Assembly (NCBI GenBank): GCA_946220865.1
Contig: CAMJYM010000002.1
Location: 38,890 to 102,889 of the forward strand
DNA: 64,000 nucleotides
Direction of reading: 5' to 3'
Origin: an uncultured Clostridia bacterium
GTDB lineage: Bacteria > Bacillota > Clostridia > Saccharofermentanales > DTU023
This document shows positions 25,163-34,215 of this stretch, in pieces. Below the pieces are notes generated by a model that saw only the letters and a list, made by a program, of their open reading frames with translations, ran no database searches and was not told where the DNA came from. The first letter of the stretch is position 1, and each line of letters starts with the position of its first letter. Both the position numbers and the translations under genes were made by a program.

Positions 25163-26011
25163 TCAGAGATCTCCCAAAAGTTTTTTAACATAATTCGGCA
25201 GGGCAAAACAGCCGACATGCAGGTCTGTGTTGTAATAGCGGGTCTTGAGGCCGCGGGCATTCCAGCGGGCGGCGTCGAGATTGGCAATAGGGTCCAGTTG
25301 CTTGGATATAAAGCCAAAAAGCCAGTGACCCGAGGGGTAGGTGGGAATATGCACCTGATAAATGCGGTTGATCGGGAATACGGCTTTGGTGTTGCGGTGG
25401 ATTTCCCGGACGACACGCGCATCCTGCTTGTAATAGGGGCTTTCATGCTGATTGACGAGAATCCCATCATCGTTCAGAGCCTTAAAGCAGTTGCCGTAAA
25501 ACTCACGTGTAAACAGGCTCTCGTTCGAGCCGAAGGGGTCTGAAGAATCCACAATAATCAGGTCGTAGAGCTCGCTGGTACTGCGCACATAGCGCAGACC
25601 ATTTTCGATAATCAGGTGCAGACGGGGGTCGGAAAAGCCCGTAGCCATTTTGGGCAGGTATTTCTGGGCCGCTTTGACGAGCACTTCGTTCATTTCCACA
25701 AGATCAATCCGCTCAATTTCCGGATAGCGGCAGATTTCGCGCAGGGTGCCTCCATCTCCCCCGCCGATGATGAGCACACGGCGGACATTCGGATGCACGG
25801 CCATGGGAACATGGGCAATCATCTCATGGTAAATAAATTCATCCTTTTCGGTGAGCAGGATACTGCCATCCAGCACGAGAACTTTGCCAAATTCCGGGCT
25901 GGTATAAAGGTCAATGCGCTGATAGTCCGTCTCGCGCGAAAACATTTGTTTATCCACTTCCACCTGAAAGCGAACGTGCTTAGTGTGGGGTTCCGAAAAC
26001 CAGAAGTTCAA
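25163..26011 (-). CDS. speE: spermidine synthase
   Basis: LVLDG...LTEKDEFIYHEMIAH...VLIIGGGDGGTLRE...DLIIVDSSDP. TTG start with GAGGAGGA 9 nt upstream. Confidence 0.92.
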   Translation of the reverse strand: MNFWFSEPHTKHVRFQVEVDKQMFSRETDYQRIDLYTSPEFGKVLVLDGSILLTEKDEFIYHEMIAHVPMAVHPNVRRVLIIGGGDGGTLREICRYPEIERIDLVEMNEVLVKAAQKYLPKMATGFSDPRLHLIIENGLRYVRSTSELYDLIIVDSSDPFGSNESLFTREFYGNCFKALNDDGILVNQHESPYYKQDARVVREIHRNTKAVFPINRIYQVHIPTYPSGHWLFGFISKQLDPIANLDAARWNARGLKTRYYNTDLHVGCFALPNYVKKLLGDL

Positions 26012-26014
26012 CGC

Positions 26015-27652
26015 TTAGTCCTCCTCGCGGCGGCTTTCTTCAATCTCACGTAGACTTTCTTCCCAATCGCGAGCCTCTTCCTCGCGAAGTTCGGGGTTGC
26101 TTTCCTGGTGAGCAACGTCGGAAACCGCAAATTCCGCGCGTGTTTCTGCCATAACATTAAGTTTTTTCAGTTCGATATCTTCTGTTCCGCTCATCTGGCT
26201 GCCCTTCGCCTTGGCGTAGGCGATATAATCGAGCGCCTTACGCGTCACCAGCTCGCCGGGAGCCAAAATAGGAATGCCCGGAGGATAGCACATGACAAAT
26301 TCGGTGCAGATGCGCCCCTCACATTCTTTGAAGGGAAGCTGAATACTTGGCGAATAAAAGGCATCAGCCGGCGACAACATTACCTCCGGCTCCACATATT
26401 CACTGGCCAGAAGCCCCTCCGGACCCTTCCCGTAAAGGCGCTTGATTTCCGAGAGAGCTGCGATCAGGCGTTCAATCGCCAGAGGGCGGTCACCCATGGA
26501 AAGGATGGCCAGGATATTGCCAAGGTCTCCGAATTCGATCTGAATATTATAGTCGTCGCGTAAAATATCATAGACCTCAATACCGGCCAGGCCCATAGCC
26601 CGGGTATGAATGGAGAGCTTGGTCAAATCGAAATCATAAAAATCATCGCCATTGCAGCACTCTTTGCCGAAAGCATTGTAGCCCCCGATCGCATTGATTT
26701 CACCCCTGGCATAGGCCGCATATTCATTGAGGCGATGAAAAGTGTCTTCTCCCCGCAATGCCAGATTGCGGCGGGAAATATCCAGTGAAGACATGAGCAG
26801 ATAAGAAGCGGAGGTGGTCTGACTCAGGTTGAGGATCATGCGGATATAACCCAGATTCCCTTTCATGCCCTTACCAGCAAGTAAAATCGAACTCTGGGTC
26901 AGCGAGCCCCCGGTTTTGTGCAGACTGACCGCCGCCATGTCCGCTCCAGCCGCCATGGCGGATACCGGCAGCTCAGGCGAAAAATAGAAGTGCGTTCCGT
27001 GAGCTTCATCGACGAGCACTTTAATCCCCGCCTTATGGGCCACCTTGACCATTTCCGTCAAATGACCGCAGACTCCGTAATAGGTCGGATTATTGATAAG
27101 CACCGCTTTGGCTTCCGGATGGGCTTCAATGGCCTCGCGCAATTTTTCCACACTCATGGCGAGGGGAATACCCAGCTCTTCATCCAGGCCGGGATCAACA
27201 TAGACCGGGATAGCATGGGCCAGGATCAGAGCGTTGATGGCACTGCGGTGGACGTTGCGGGGAAGAATGACCGAGTCGCCCGGGCGGGTCACCGTCATAA
27301 TCATGGCCTGCACGGCCATCGAAGTCCCGTTGACGATAAAGTAGGCTGCTTCGGCGCCAAAAACGTCGGCTGCCAGCTTTTCGGCCTCTTTGATGACACT
27401 CACTGGATGGATGAGGTTATCCAGCATCTTCATCGAATTGGCATCCACCGACAGGCAATCCGAGCCGAGAAAATCGGTAAGCTCAGGATTGCCCGGACCC
27501 TTTTTATGTCCGGGCACATCAAAAGAAACCATGCGCATTTTTTTATAGCGCTGCAGTGCTTTTAAGAGCGGTGCTTTGGTCTGATCAAGCTGATAGCGTT
27601 CCTTGAGCACTTCCTTGGGAGCCGTTTTTCTCCTCAGTATTTTATTTTCCAT
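26015..27652 (-). CDS. speA: Orn/Lys/Arg decarboxylase family protein (probable arginine decarboxylase)
   Basis: Fold-I PLP enzyme with VSLHKTGGSLTQSS (PLP Lys). It sits in line with speE-speB. I chose the start MENKILRRK at 27652. It has an acidic C-terminal tail. Confidence 0.85.
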   Translation of the reverse strand: MENKILRRKTAPKEVLKERYQLDQTKAPLLKALQRYKKMRMVSFDVPGHKKGPGNPELTDFLGSDCLSVDANSMKMLDNLIHPVSVIKEAEKLAADVFGAEAAYFIVNGTSMAVQAMIMTVTRPGDSVILPRNVHRSAINALILAHAIPVYVDPGLDEELGIPLAMSVEKLREAIEAHPEAKAVLINNPTYYGVCGHLTEMVKVAHKAGIKVLVDEAHGTHFYFSPELPVSAMAAGADMAAVSLHKTGGSLTQSSILLAGKGMKGNLGYIRMILNLSQTTSASYLLMSSLDISRRNLALRGEDTFHRLNEYAAYARGEINAIGGYNAFGKECCNGDDFYDFDLTKLSIHTRAMGLAGIEVYDILRDDYNIQIEFGDLGNILAILSMGDRPLAIERLIAALSEIKRLYGKGPEGLLASEYVEPEVMLSPADAFYSPSIQLPFKECEGRICTEFVMCYPPGIPILAPGELVTRKALDYIAYAKAKGSQMSGTEDIELKKLNVMAETRAEFAVSDVAHQESNPELREEEARDWEESLREIEESRREED

Positions 27653-27699
27653 CGCTCTCCCCTGATCTCCCCCTTTAATGAGTATTTTTGCCGGCTGGC

Positions 27700-29340
27700 T
27701 TATTTCATCTGCTTCGCCAGATTGGCAAAGATATTCTGGCACTCCCCGGGGAGCTGGTTGAAGTCGTTCAGCGACGTAACATAGCTCTGGCGGCTCTCCA
27801 GGGCTGCCTTGAGCGCACTGCGGTAAGCCGCATCATCAAACGGAGGCTCGAAGCCGGGGATATCCGCGTAGTCGATATCTTTCAGATCGCCAAAGGGTTT
27901 CCAGCTGACGGTTCCATCGACTATGCTCTCCACTGCGGCGAGGGTATCTTCTTTTTTGACTTTCTTATCGAGGAAAAAGCCGGTGTTGAGGATATAACAA
28001 TCGACGCCGTTGTCCATCAGCGCTTTGAAACGCTCGTAATCCATCTTCAGCGCATAGGTGCGGAAGGGGTTGGCATAGGGCTCAATGACCAGAGCGTTGG
28101 GGTCGACGCCTTTGGCCAGGCGTTCGGCGGAACTGCGCTTGGTCGCCAGGGTGGCACCGAAAAGGGAGCCAAGATCGCTCTTTTTAACGTGCAGCAGCGG
28201 CGGCAGCGTCGGATCCTTCATGATCCAGCAGATGCCATTGACTTCGGCGTCAATCTTATCGACGCGGTTGGGGCTCCAGAGCTTGGATTTGATCGCGCGG
28301 CCATTGCCATTGCGCAGATCCTGGGTCACCGGCACGATTTTGCCTTCATCATCCAGGGTCGCGCCGCAGTTCTGCAAAGTAAGCAGGTAAGTGTTATCCG
28401 GGCTGGCGCAGGGATAATCCTGCGTTTTATCAAAGTAGGTCGGCTCCATCGCCACGGAATATTTGTCCTTGATATTGATGACAAAGGCATCGTCGTGCAG
28501 GACTTTAATGCCGTATTTGCCGTTATGCTTAGCATGCGTGATGGAGGACTTGCCGGAACCGGAAAGACCGAAGACAGAGAGCACATATTTGGAACCGTCT
28601 TTTCGGGTAATTTCCTTCTGGCCGCCGTGGCAGGAGGCAAAGCCGTGACGGGCGGCAACGGCCCAGCCCAGGGTCAGCGTGCCTTTTTTGTGCTCGCCAA
28701 AGTAACGCATGCCGAGCAGAGCGGCGCAGTTGTGTTCGGGGTCGAAATAGGTCAGGCCGAGGGGATGTTCGGGATGCTTCCACTGGGGATCCGAGAACAC
28801 GTAGATGTCGCCCTCATTTTCGATGGGTCTTGACTGCTTATAGCGTTTTTCGTATTCCGCGGTAAGCGGCTGGAAGTTGAGCATCCAGTTGTAGAGAATG
28901 TTCTCCTCCCCTTCCGGAATCAGGAGATGTGCCCGAAGCATAAAGTCTTCATCCAGGCCGATGATGCAGGTGGCATGATAGAGCGTTTGATAGCGGCAAT
29001 CATAGACCGCATCCATCACCTTCTTATTGAGGTCGGCGGGATCCACACCCTGCTGGCCGATGATACGCCGGGCTGCAGCGCAGCGTCCGGTAACCGAGCC
29101 ATCGTTAAAGAGCAGCACTTTGGCGTCGGAGGGCAGGCCCATAAAGCCAGGATTATAGACAGGAAGGTCCGTAACAATGGTGCCGGGAGACTCTACAGCG
29201 AGATAGTAGGCTTCGGCCAGACTTTTAATTTCGACGACATTGTTGCCGTAAAAGGGTGTACGTACAATCGTGCGCAGGGCGCTGGCCATGGGATTTACAA
29301 GGGTGATTTCACTGCGGGAATTTTGATTTCTGGTTGACAT
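27700..29340 (-). CDS. pckA: phosphoenolpyruvate carboxykinase (ATP)
   Basis: Kinase-1a loop FGLSGSGKSSIT, plus ...GRAIKSKLW... and other PEPCK-like segments. Start MSTRNQ at 29340 with GGAG upstream. Confidence 0.85.
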   Translation of the reverse strand: MSTRNQNSRSEITLVNPMASALRTIVRTPFYGNNVVEIKSLAEAYYLAVESPGTIVTDLPVYNPGFMGLPSDAKVLLFNDGSVTGRCAAARRIIGQQGVDPADLNKKVMDAVYDCRYQTLYHATCIIGLDEDFMLRAHLLIPEGEENILYNWMLNFQPLTAEYEKRYKQSRPIENEGDIYVFSDPQWKHPEHPLGLTYFDPEHNCAALLGMRYFGEHKKGTLTLGWAVAARHGFASCHGGQKEITRKDGSKYVLSVFGLSGSGKSSITHAKHNGKYGIKVLHDDAFVINIKDKYSVAMEPTYFDKTQDYPCASPDNTYLLTLQNCGATLDDEGKIVPVTQDLRNGNGRAIKSKLWSPNRVDKIDAEVNGICWIMKDPTLPPLLHVKKSDLGSLFGATLATKRSSAERLAKGVDPNALVIEPYANPFRTYALKMDYERFKALMDNGVDCYILNTGFFLDKKVKKEDTLAAVESIVDGTVSWKPFGDLKDIDYADIPGFEPPFDDAAYRSALKAALESRQSYVTSLNDFNQLPGECQNIFANLAKQMK

Positions 29341-29471
29341 AAGACTCCTTCTATCTTTCTCCTGCCGCCTTTTTCGTTTCGCGGGCCTGGTTTTGCTTGA
29401 CGAGCACACAGCCCAAGGCGGAGTTTTTAAGACACTGTCACTGGCCGTGTTTGAGGGCCAGGGTTTCAGGA

Positions 29472-30734
29472 TTATTTTTCTGCGGCTTCGGCTATGGCCA
29501 GGCGCACACAGAGGGCATAGAGTTCTGCAGCTTCACGAATCTCCGGGAGCTCCGGATACGAGGGCGCAATACGCTGAAAATTATCGTGCGGATTTTTGCT
29601 GTAAGGGAAGGGATTTCCAGCCGGGGTCAGTTTTAGTCCGGCTTCAGCGGCCAGTTCACAGGCTCGGGACGCCGTGCCATCGGGCAGTGTTACGCCGATA
29701 AAATAGCCCCCCAGAGGTTTCGTCCAGGAAACCCCCGTAACATCTCCAAGTTCCCGCTCCATAACTTCCTCAAAAACTTCGAATTTTGGACGCAGCAGCT
29801 CTGCCAGGCGGACCATGTGCGCCTTCAGGGCAGCAAAGTCTGGGAAAAAGTGAGCATGACGCAGTTGATTAACCTTATCGCAGCAGATCATCTGGATTTT
29901 CTGCTGCTGTCTGAACCATTCGAGATTTGCCGGAGAGGCGGCGAAGGCCGCAATGCCGCCGCCCGCCATGGTGATTTTCGAGCTTGACGCAAAGCAGAAC
30001 ACACGGTCAGGATGACCGGCCTCAGCACAGAGGTCCAGGATATTTGGGAGTTTGGCCTGTTTTTCGGCCTCAGGATAAAGGTGATGGACGCTGTAAGCGT
30101 TGTCCCAGAAAATGCGGAAATCCGGAGCGGCCGTTTTCATGGAGGCCAGGCGTCGGCAGACCTCTTCAGAATATGTTGCTCCCGTGGGGTTGCTGTATTT
30201 GGGCACACACCAGATGCAGAGAATATCGGGGTCCGTCTTCACCAGACGTTCAACCTCGTCCATATCGGGACCATCATCCTTCATGGCGATTGGGATAAGT
30301 TCGTAGCCTAAACCCTCCGTCATCTGAAAGTGACGGTCGTAACCGGGACAGGGGCAGAGACATTTACGTTTTTTCTTTTCAAACCAGGGCTTTTCAGCGC
30401 CCGGCGCCGTTGTCAGGAGGAGACGGGTGTGTACATCGTACATGATCGTAAGGCTGGACGTTCCGCCGATGACCACCGCGTCAACGGGCAGGCCGAGCAT
30501 GGCTGCCATAAGCTCGCGGGCTTCAATCAGGCCGGAAAGTTCCCCATAGTTACGGCTATCTACCCCTTCGCGGGAAAGATAGTTCTGTCCATCCACAGAG
30601 GTCAGAAAAGCTGCAGAGAGATCGAGTTGGGCGGGTGCAGGCTTACCTCTCGCCATATTCAGCTTAAGATTGCGGGCTTTGATCTCGTTATACGCCTGCA
30701 GGGCAGAAAGGTCTTTTGCTTGATTCATGCTCAT
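29472..30734 (-). CDS. class I/II PLP-dependent aminotransferase
   Basis: 420 aa with ...NMARGKPAPAQLDLS..., ...PKYSNPTG... and ...ASSSKITMAGGGIAAF (Lys motif). AGGAG lies 5 nt upstream of the ATG. Confidence 0.85.
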   Translation of the reverse strand: MSMNQAKDLSALQAYNEIKARNLKLNMARGKPAPAQLDLSAAFLTSVDGQNYLSREGVDSRNYGELSGLIEARELMAAMLGLPVDAVVIGGTSSLTIMYDVHTRLLLTTAPGAEKPWFEKKKRKCLCPCPGYDRHFQMTEGLGYELIPIAMKDDGPDMDEVERLVKTDPDILCIWCVPKYSNPTGATYSEEVCRRLASMKTAAPDFRIFWDNAYSVHHLYPEAEKQAKLPNILDLCAEAGHPDRVFCFASSSKITMAGGGIAAFAASPANLEWFRQQQKIQMICCDKVNQLRHAHFFPDFAALKAHMVRLAELLRPKFEVFEEVMERELGDVTGVSWTKPLGGYFIGVTLPDGTASRACELAAEAGLKLTPAGNPFPYSKNPHDNFQRIAPSYPELPEIREAAELYALCVRLAIAEAAEK

Positions 30735-30928
30735 TTGCTCCTGATTCCGTTAACCCGCAAAGCCGAGTTCTGCGGGGTTTCACACAAGGATTTGAAAAAT
30801 TTGTGAAAAAAGGAAAAACTTCAAGTCTTTCCAAGCAGAAGTATAGAAGAGTTTTAATAAAGCGGCAAGCATCCCGCTTTCTTTATCGAAAAGCCCGAAA
30901 AGGGGCGCCCCTCCTCTGCAAAAGATGA

Positions 30929-30958
30929 GAAAAAGGCCATTACGAAGCCGTAACAGCC
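30929..30958 (-). terminator. candidate terminator after the FAD-dependent protein gene
   Basis: GGCTGTTACG/CGTAATGGCC stem (two internal mismatches), then TTTTT on the minus strand. It lies 28 nt from the stop. Confidence 0.45.
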
Positions 30959-30985
30959 TTTTTTATGTATGGCTCAGAACTGTGA

Positions 30986-32521
30986 CTAAGGGAGTTCGCT
31001 GAGTACGGCCGTGCCGGCTTTCAGACCTGAGGCCCCGGCCTGAGAGAGTCCACGGGTAATCCCTGCTCCATCTCCAATGGCATAAAAGCCCGGTAACTCC
31101 GTCTCAAAATTGGCATCCAGGGAGAGGCGCGCACTGTAGAATTTAACCTCCACGCCATAAAGCAGGGTATCCGCGTTCGCTGTCCCCGGAGCAAGCTTAT
31201 CCAGAACCTGAAGCATCTCGATGATATTGTCGATATGCCGCTTGGGGAGAACCAGCGAGAGGTCACCAGGCGTGGCCTGCAGGGTAGGTCGGACAAAGCT
31301 CTTGAGCATACGGTGAGCCGTGGTGCGGCGGCCATCGAGAAGGTCGCCCAGGCGCTGCATAATCACGCCGCCACCCAGCATATTGGAGAGCGAAGCAATG
31401 TGTTTGCCATAGCGATAGGGTTCATTAAAGGGCTCGGTAAAACGGTTGGAAACCAGCAGGGCGAAGTTGGTGTTCTCACTGCGTCTCTGAGGATCTTCAA
31501 AGCTGTGACCGTTGACTGTGATAATGCCATCCGTGTTTTCGGCCACGACATAACCATAAGGATTCATGCAGAAGGTCCGCACGATATCACGATACTGGCG
31601 CGTTTGATACTTCAGCTTGGCCTCATACATGGCATCCGTGATGTCTTTAAAAACAAGAGCGGGGAGCTCGACACGCACCCCCAGGTCGACCTGATTGTTG
31701 GCCATGGGCAGCCCCAGCTTTGCACATTGCGCCGAAAACCATTCGGCGCCGGCGCGACCCGGCGCCGCAATGAGTTTTGTTGCACAGATCTCCCCGCGAT
31801 TGGTTTTGAGCAAAAACTGATCGGGACAGTCCTGCTCCTGACGTTTTGGGGACGAACTCAGCGACGCTGGGCGTGAAGAGGGTTTTTCCTGCTCCGCATC
31901 GGAGGCGCAGAGGGCTTCCCGGGACCGCTTCTCCGCCTTTATTCCCGCATTGGTCACAGCCAGCGGCTGACCGTTTTTCAAAGGGATGATTTCTTCGACA
32001 CGGGTATCGAAAAGCAGCTCAGCCCGTTCGTTCAAATAATCGTACTGGTGAATCAGAACTTCGCGGTTGCGATCCGTCCCGAGATGTTTACAACGGGCAT
32101 TAAGCAGGTGGATATCCAGGCCAAGCGCCTTTTTACGGATCAGCTCGGCCTCCGGGGTAAAGGTGGAATGAACGTCCTTCGATGCACCGAAAGTGACATT
32201 GATTTTATCTACTTCGCTGATCAGCTCCATCACTTCCTGATCTGACAGATAGTCCGTAAGCCAGCCGCCAAATTCTGTGGTGAAATTAAATTTGCCATCC
32301 GAAAAAGCGCCTGCCCCGCCGAAACCGCGCATGATTGCACAGATTTTACAGTGCACGCAGGAGCTGACCTTTCCCGTGATAATGGGGCAGCTGCGCTGAC
32401 GAATATCCAGGCCCTGTTCCACCACGACAACTTTGAGATCAGGCCGCTCACTGACGACTTTATACGCGGCAAAAATGCCGGCTATACCGGCGCCGATAAT
32501 CGCAAGATCAACGTTTTTCAT
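30986..32521 (-). CDS. NAD(P)/FAD-dependent oxidoreductase (COG2509-type FAD-dependent protein)
   Basis: N-terminal Rossmann motif DLAIIGAGIAGIFAA, C-terminal ...GFYAIGDGAGITRG.... It contains a low-complexity Ser/Pro/Glu insert. Confidence 0.82.
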   Translation of the reverse strand: MKNVDLAIIGAGIAGIFAAYKVVSERPDLKVVVVEQGLDIRQRSCPIITGKVSSCVHCKICAIMRGFGGAGAFSDGKFNFTTEFGGWLTDYLSDQEVMELISEVDKINVTFGASKDVHSTFTPEAELIRKKALGLDIHLLNARCKHLGTDRNREVLIHQYDYLNERAELLFDTRVEEIIPLKNGQPLAVTNAGIKAEKRSREALCASDAEQEKPSSRPASLSSSPKRQEQDCPDQFLLKTNRGEICATKLIAAPGRAGAEWFSAQCAKLGLPMANNQVDLGVRVELPALVFKDITDAMYEAKLKYQTRQYRDIVRTFCMNPYGYVVAENTDGIITVNGHSFEDPQRRSENTNFALLVSNRFTEPFNEPYRYGKHIASLSNMLGGGVIMQRLGDLLDGRRTTAHRMLKSFVRPTLQATPGDLSLVLPKRHIDNIIEMLQVLDKLAPGTANADTLLYGVEVKFYSARLSLDANFETELPGFYAIGDGAGITRGLSQAGASGLKAGTAVLSELP

Positions 32522-32637
32522 CTTATCCTCTCCTCGTCAACAGCAAAGCAGCCGCTGTTGAGCCGTATTCAAACATGTAACCTGGTTTATTGTAAGTTTT
32601 TTACTCAGGAAGCGCCAGGCCTGATGGTCTGGGCGGC

Positions 32638-34068
32638 TCAGGCTAAAGCGAGGCTGAGCAAAAGCACCGCTGCCAGAGCGGCCAGACCCTCCAGCAGGGA
32701 AGCCAGTGTCACCGTGCGGGCAGCCTGTTCCGTACTGAGACCTCCCAGGCGGGCGATCACCCAGAAATAAGAGTCATTCGCGTGTGTCACCGTCATCGCA
32801 CCTGCACCAATAGCAAGAACCGTGAGACATCGCAGGATGGGACTATCCAGTCCCAGAGTCGGCAGAATCGCCTGAACCATTCCCGCCGTCGTGACCAAAG
32901 CCACCGTCGAAGAACCCTGGGCCGTCTTGAGCAGGGCCGCAAGCAGGAAAGGAAAGCAGAGTCCAAGGCCGGAAAACGTCTGGGCACTCTGAGCCAGCCT
33001 CTCCGCTACCCCTGAAGCCACAATGACATGCCCTAAAGCGCCGCCAGCCGCAGTAATGCAGAGAATGGGCCCGGCCGTTCTCAGACCTTTCTCTGTGAGT
33101 TCGCCAAGTTCTCGTCTCCTGCCACAACTCAGGGCCAGGACAAAAGCTGCGATCAGGCCAAGTGCCAGAGCCAGCTCAGGCTGAGATAAAAAGCTCAGAA
33201 ACTCCAGAATAAGAGGATGTTTGTCGATTGCATCAGGGGCTTCAGCAAGGCGAACAAAAACCCCGAGAGACATCAGCAGGAGCGGCAGGAAAAGGGGGAT
33301 AAAACTAAGCAGCGCCGAAGGGGCCTCACTTGCCTCTTCATGGCCTCTTTCAGCAACACCATCTGCAGCCATTTCAGGGTTATCCCGGCTGTGATGCTGC
33401 GGCTCGTCTTCGGCAACATTCATTTTTTTGCCCTGATGCAGCGAAAAAAAATAGACCGTGCTCAGCGCCGGGATAGAAACGAGCACTCCAAGGAGAAAGA
33501 TCAGGGGGAGCTGCCCGCTGACCCCAAGCGCCGCAGCCGCCGCGATGGGGCCTGCCGCCGGAGGGATGAGGTTGTGAGACGTGAAAAGTCCGGAAGAGAG
33601 ACAAGTGGTGAGCGCCACGGAAGAATGGCCGCTACGCCTGACCATGGCCTTACGTACCGGATTCAGGAGGACAAAAGCGCTGTCACAGAAAACCGCCAGC
33701 GAAACAATCCAGCCCGTGAGCAGGGCAGCCAGCTCGGGATGTGCCGGCCCCACAAGCTTCAGGACGACTTCTGCAATACGCAGAGCTGCCCCGCTTAACT
33801 CCAGGATCGCGCCGATCAGAGTGCCAAAAATAATGACCAGACCAATATCCCGAAGCGTACCAGCAAAGCCCTCACGGATCACCGAAAGGACCCCCGGCAA
33901 GAGGCCGCTGTCTGTCGCAGTGTCTAACAGGGGCAATCCAGCGAGCAGAGCCAGACACAAAGAAAGGGCCAGAAGAGCCAGAAAAGGGTGGATCTTTCCC
34001 TTGCCGATCGCCAGCACCAGAAAGCCCAACCCGGCCATAAAGACTAATGCAAAGCCTGCCAGACTCAT
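32638..34068 (-). CDS. GntP-family permease
   Basis: 476 aa, highly hydrophobic multi-pass, with a central hydrophilic loop. Sequence segments are typical of gluconate:H+ symporter-family proteins. Confidence 0.8.
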   Translation of the reverse strand: MSLAGFALVFMAGLGFLVLAIGKGKIHPFLALLALSLCLALLAGLPLLDTATDSGLLPGVLSVIREGFAGTLRDIGLVIIFGTLIGAILELSGAALRIAEVVLKLVGPAHPELAALLTGWIVSLAVFCDSAFVLLNPVRKAMVRRSGHSSVALTTCLSSGLFTSHNLIPPAAGPIAAAAALGVSGQLPLIFLLGVLVSIPALSTVYFFSLHQGKKMNVAEDEPQHHSRDNPEMAADGVAERGHEEASEAPSALLSFIPLFLPLLLMSLGVFVRLAEAPDAIDKHPLILEFLSFLSQPELALALGLIAAFVLALSCGRRRELGELTEKGLRTAGPILCITAAGGALGHVIVASGVAERLAQSAQTFSGLGLCFPFLLAALLKTAQGSSTVALVTTAGMVQAILPTLGLDSPILRCLTVLAIGAGAMTVTHANDSYFWVIARLGGLSTEQAARTVTLASLLEGLAALAAVLLLSLALA

Positions 34069-34215
34069 CTTCTGCCCCCCTCATTCTTTTGGATTAATAG
34101 CCTTTTTTCATTTTGACAAGCCCGCGTCCGCTTGGCAAGTGGCAGGACTTCTGTCAACACAGTGGCCCTTGCTATAATAGGCCTGAAATATGCAGCGAAG
34201 AGAGGCCGTAATTCG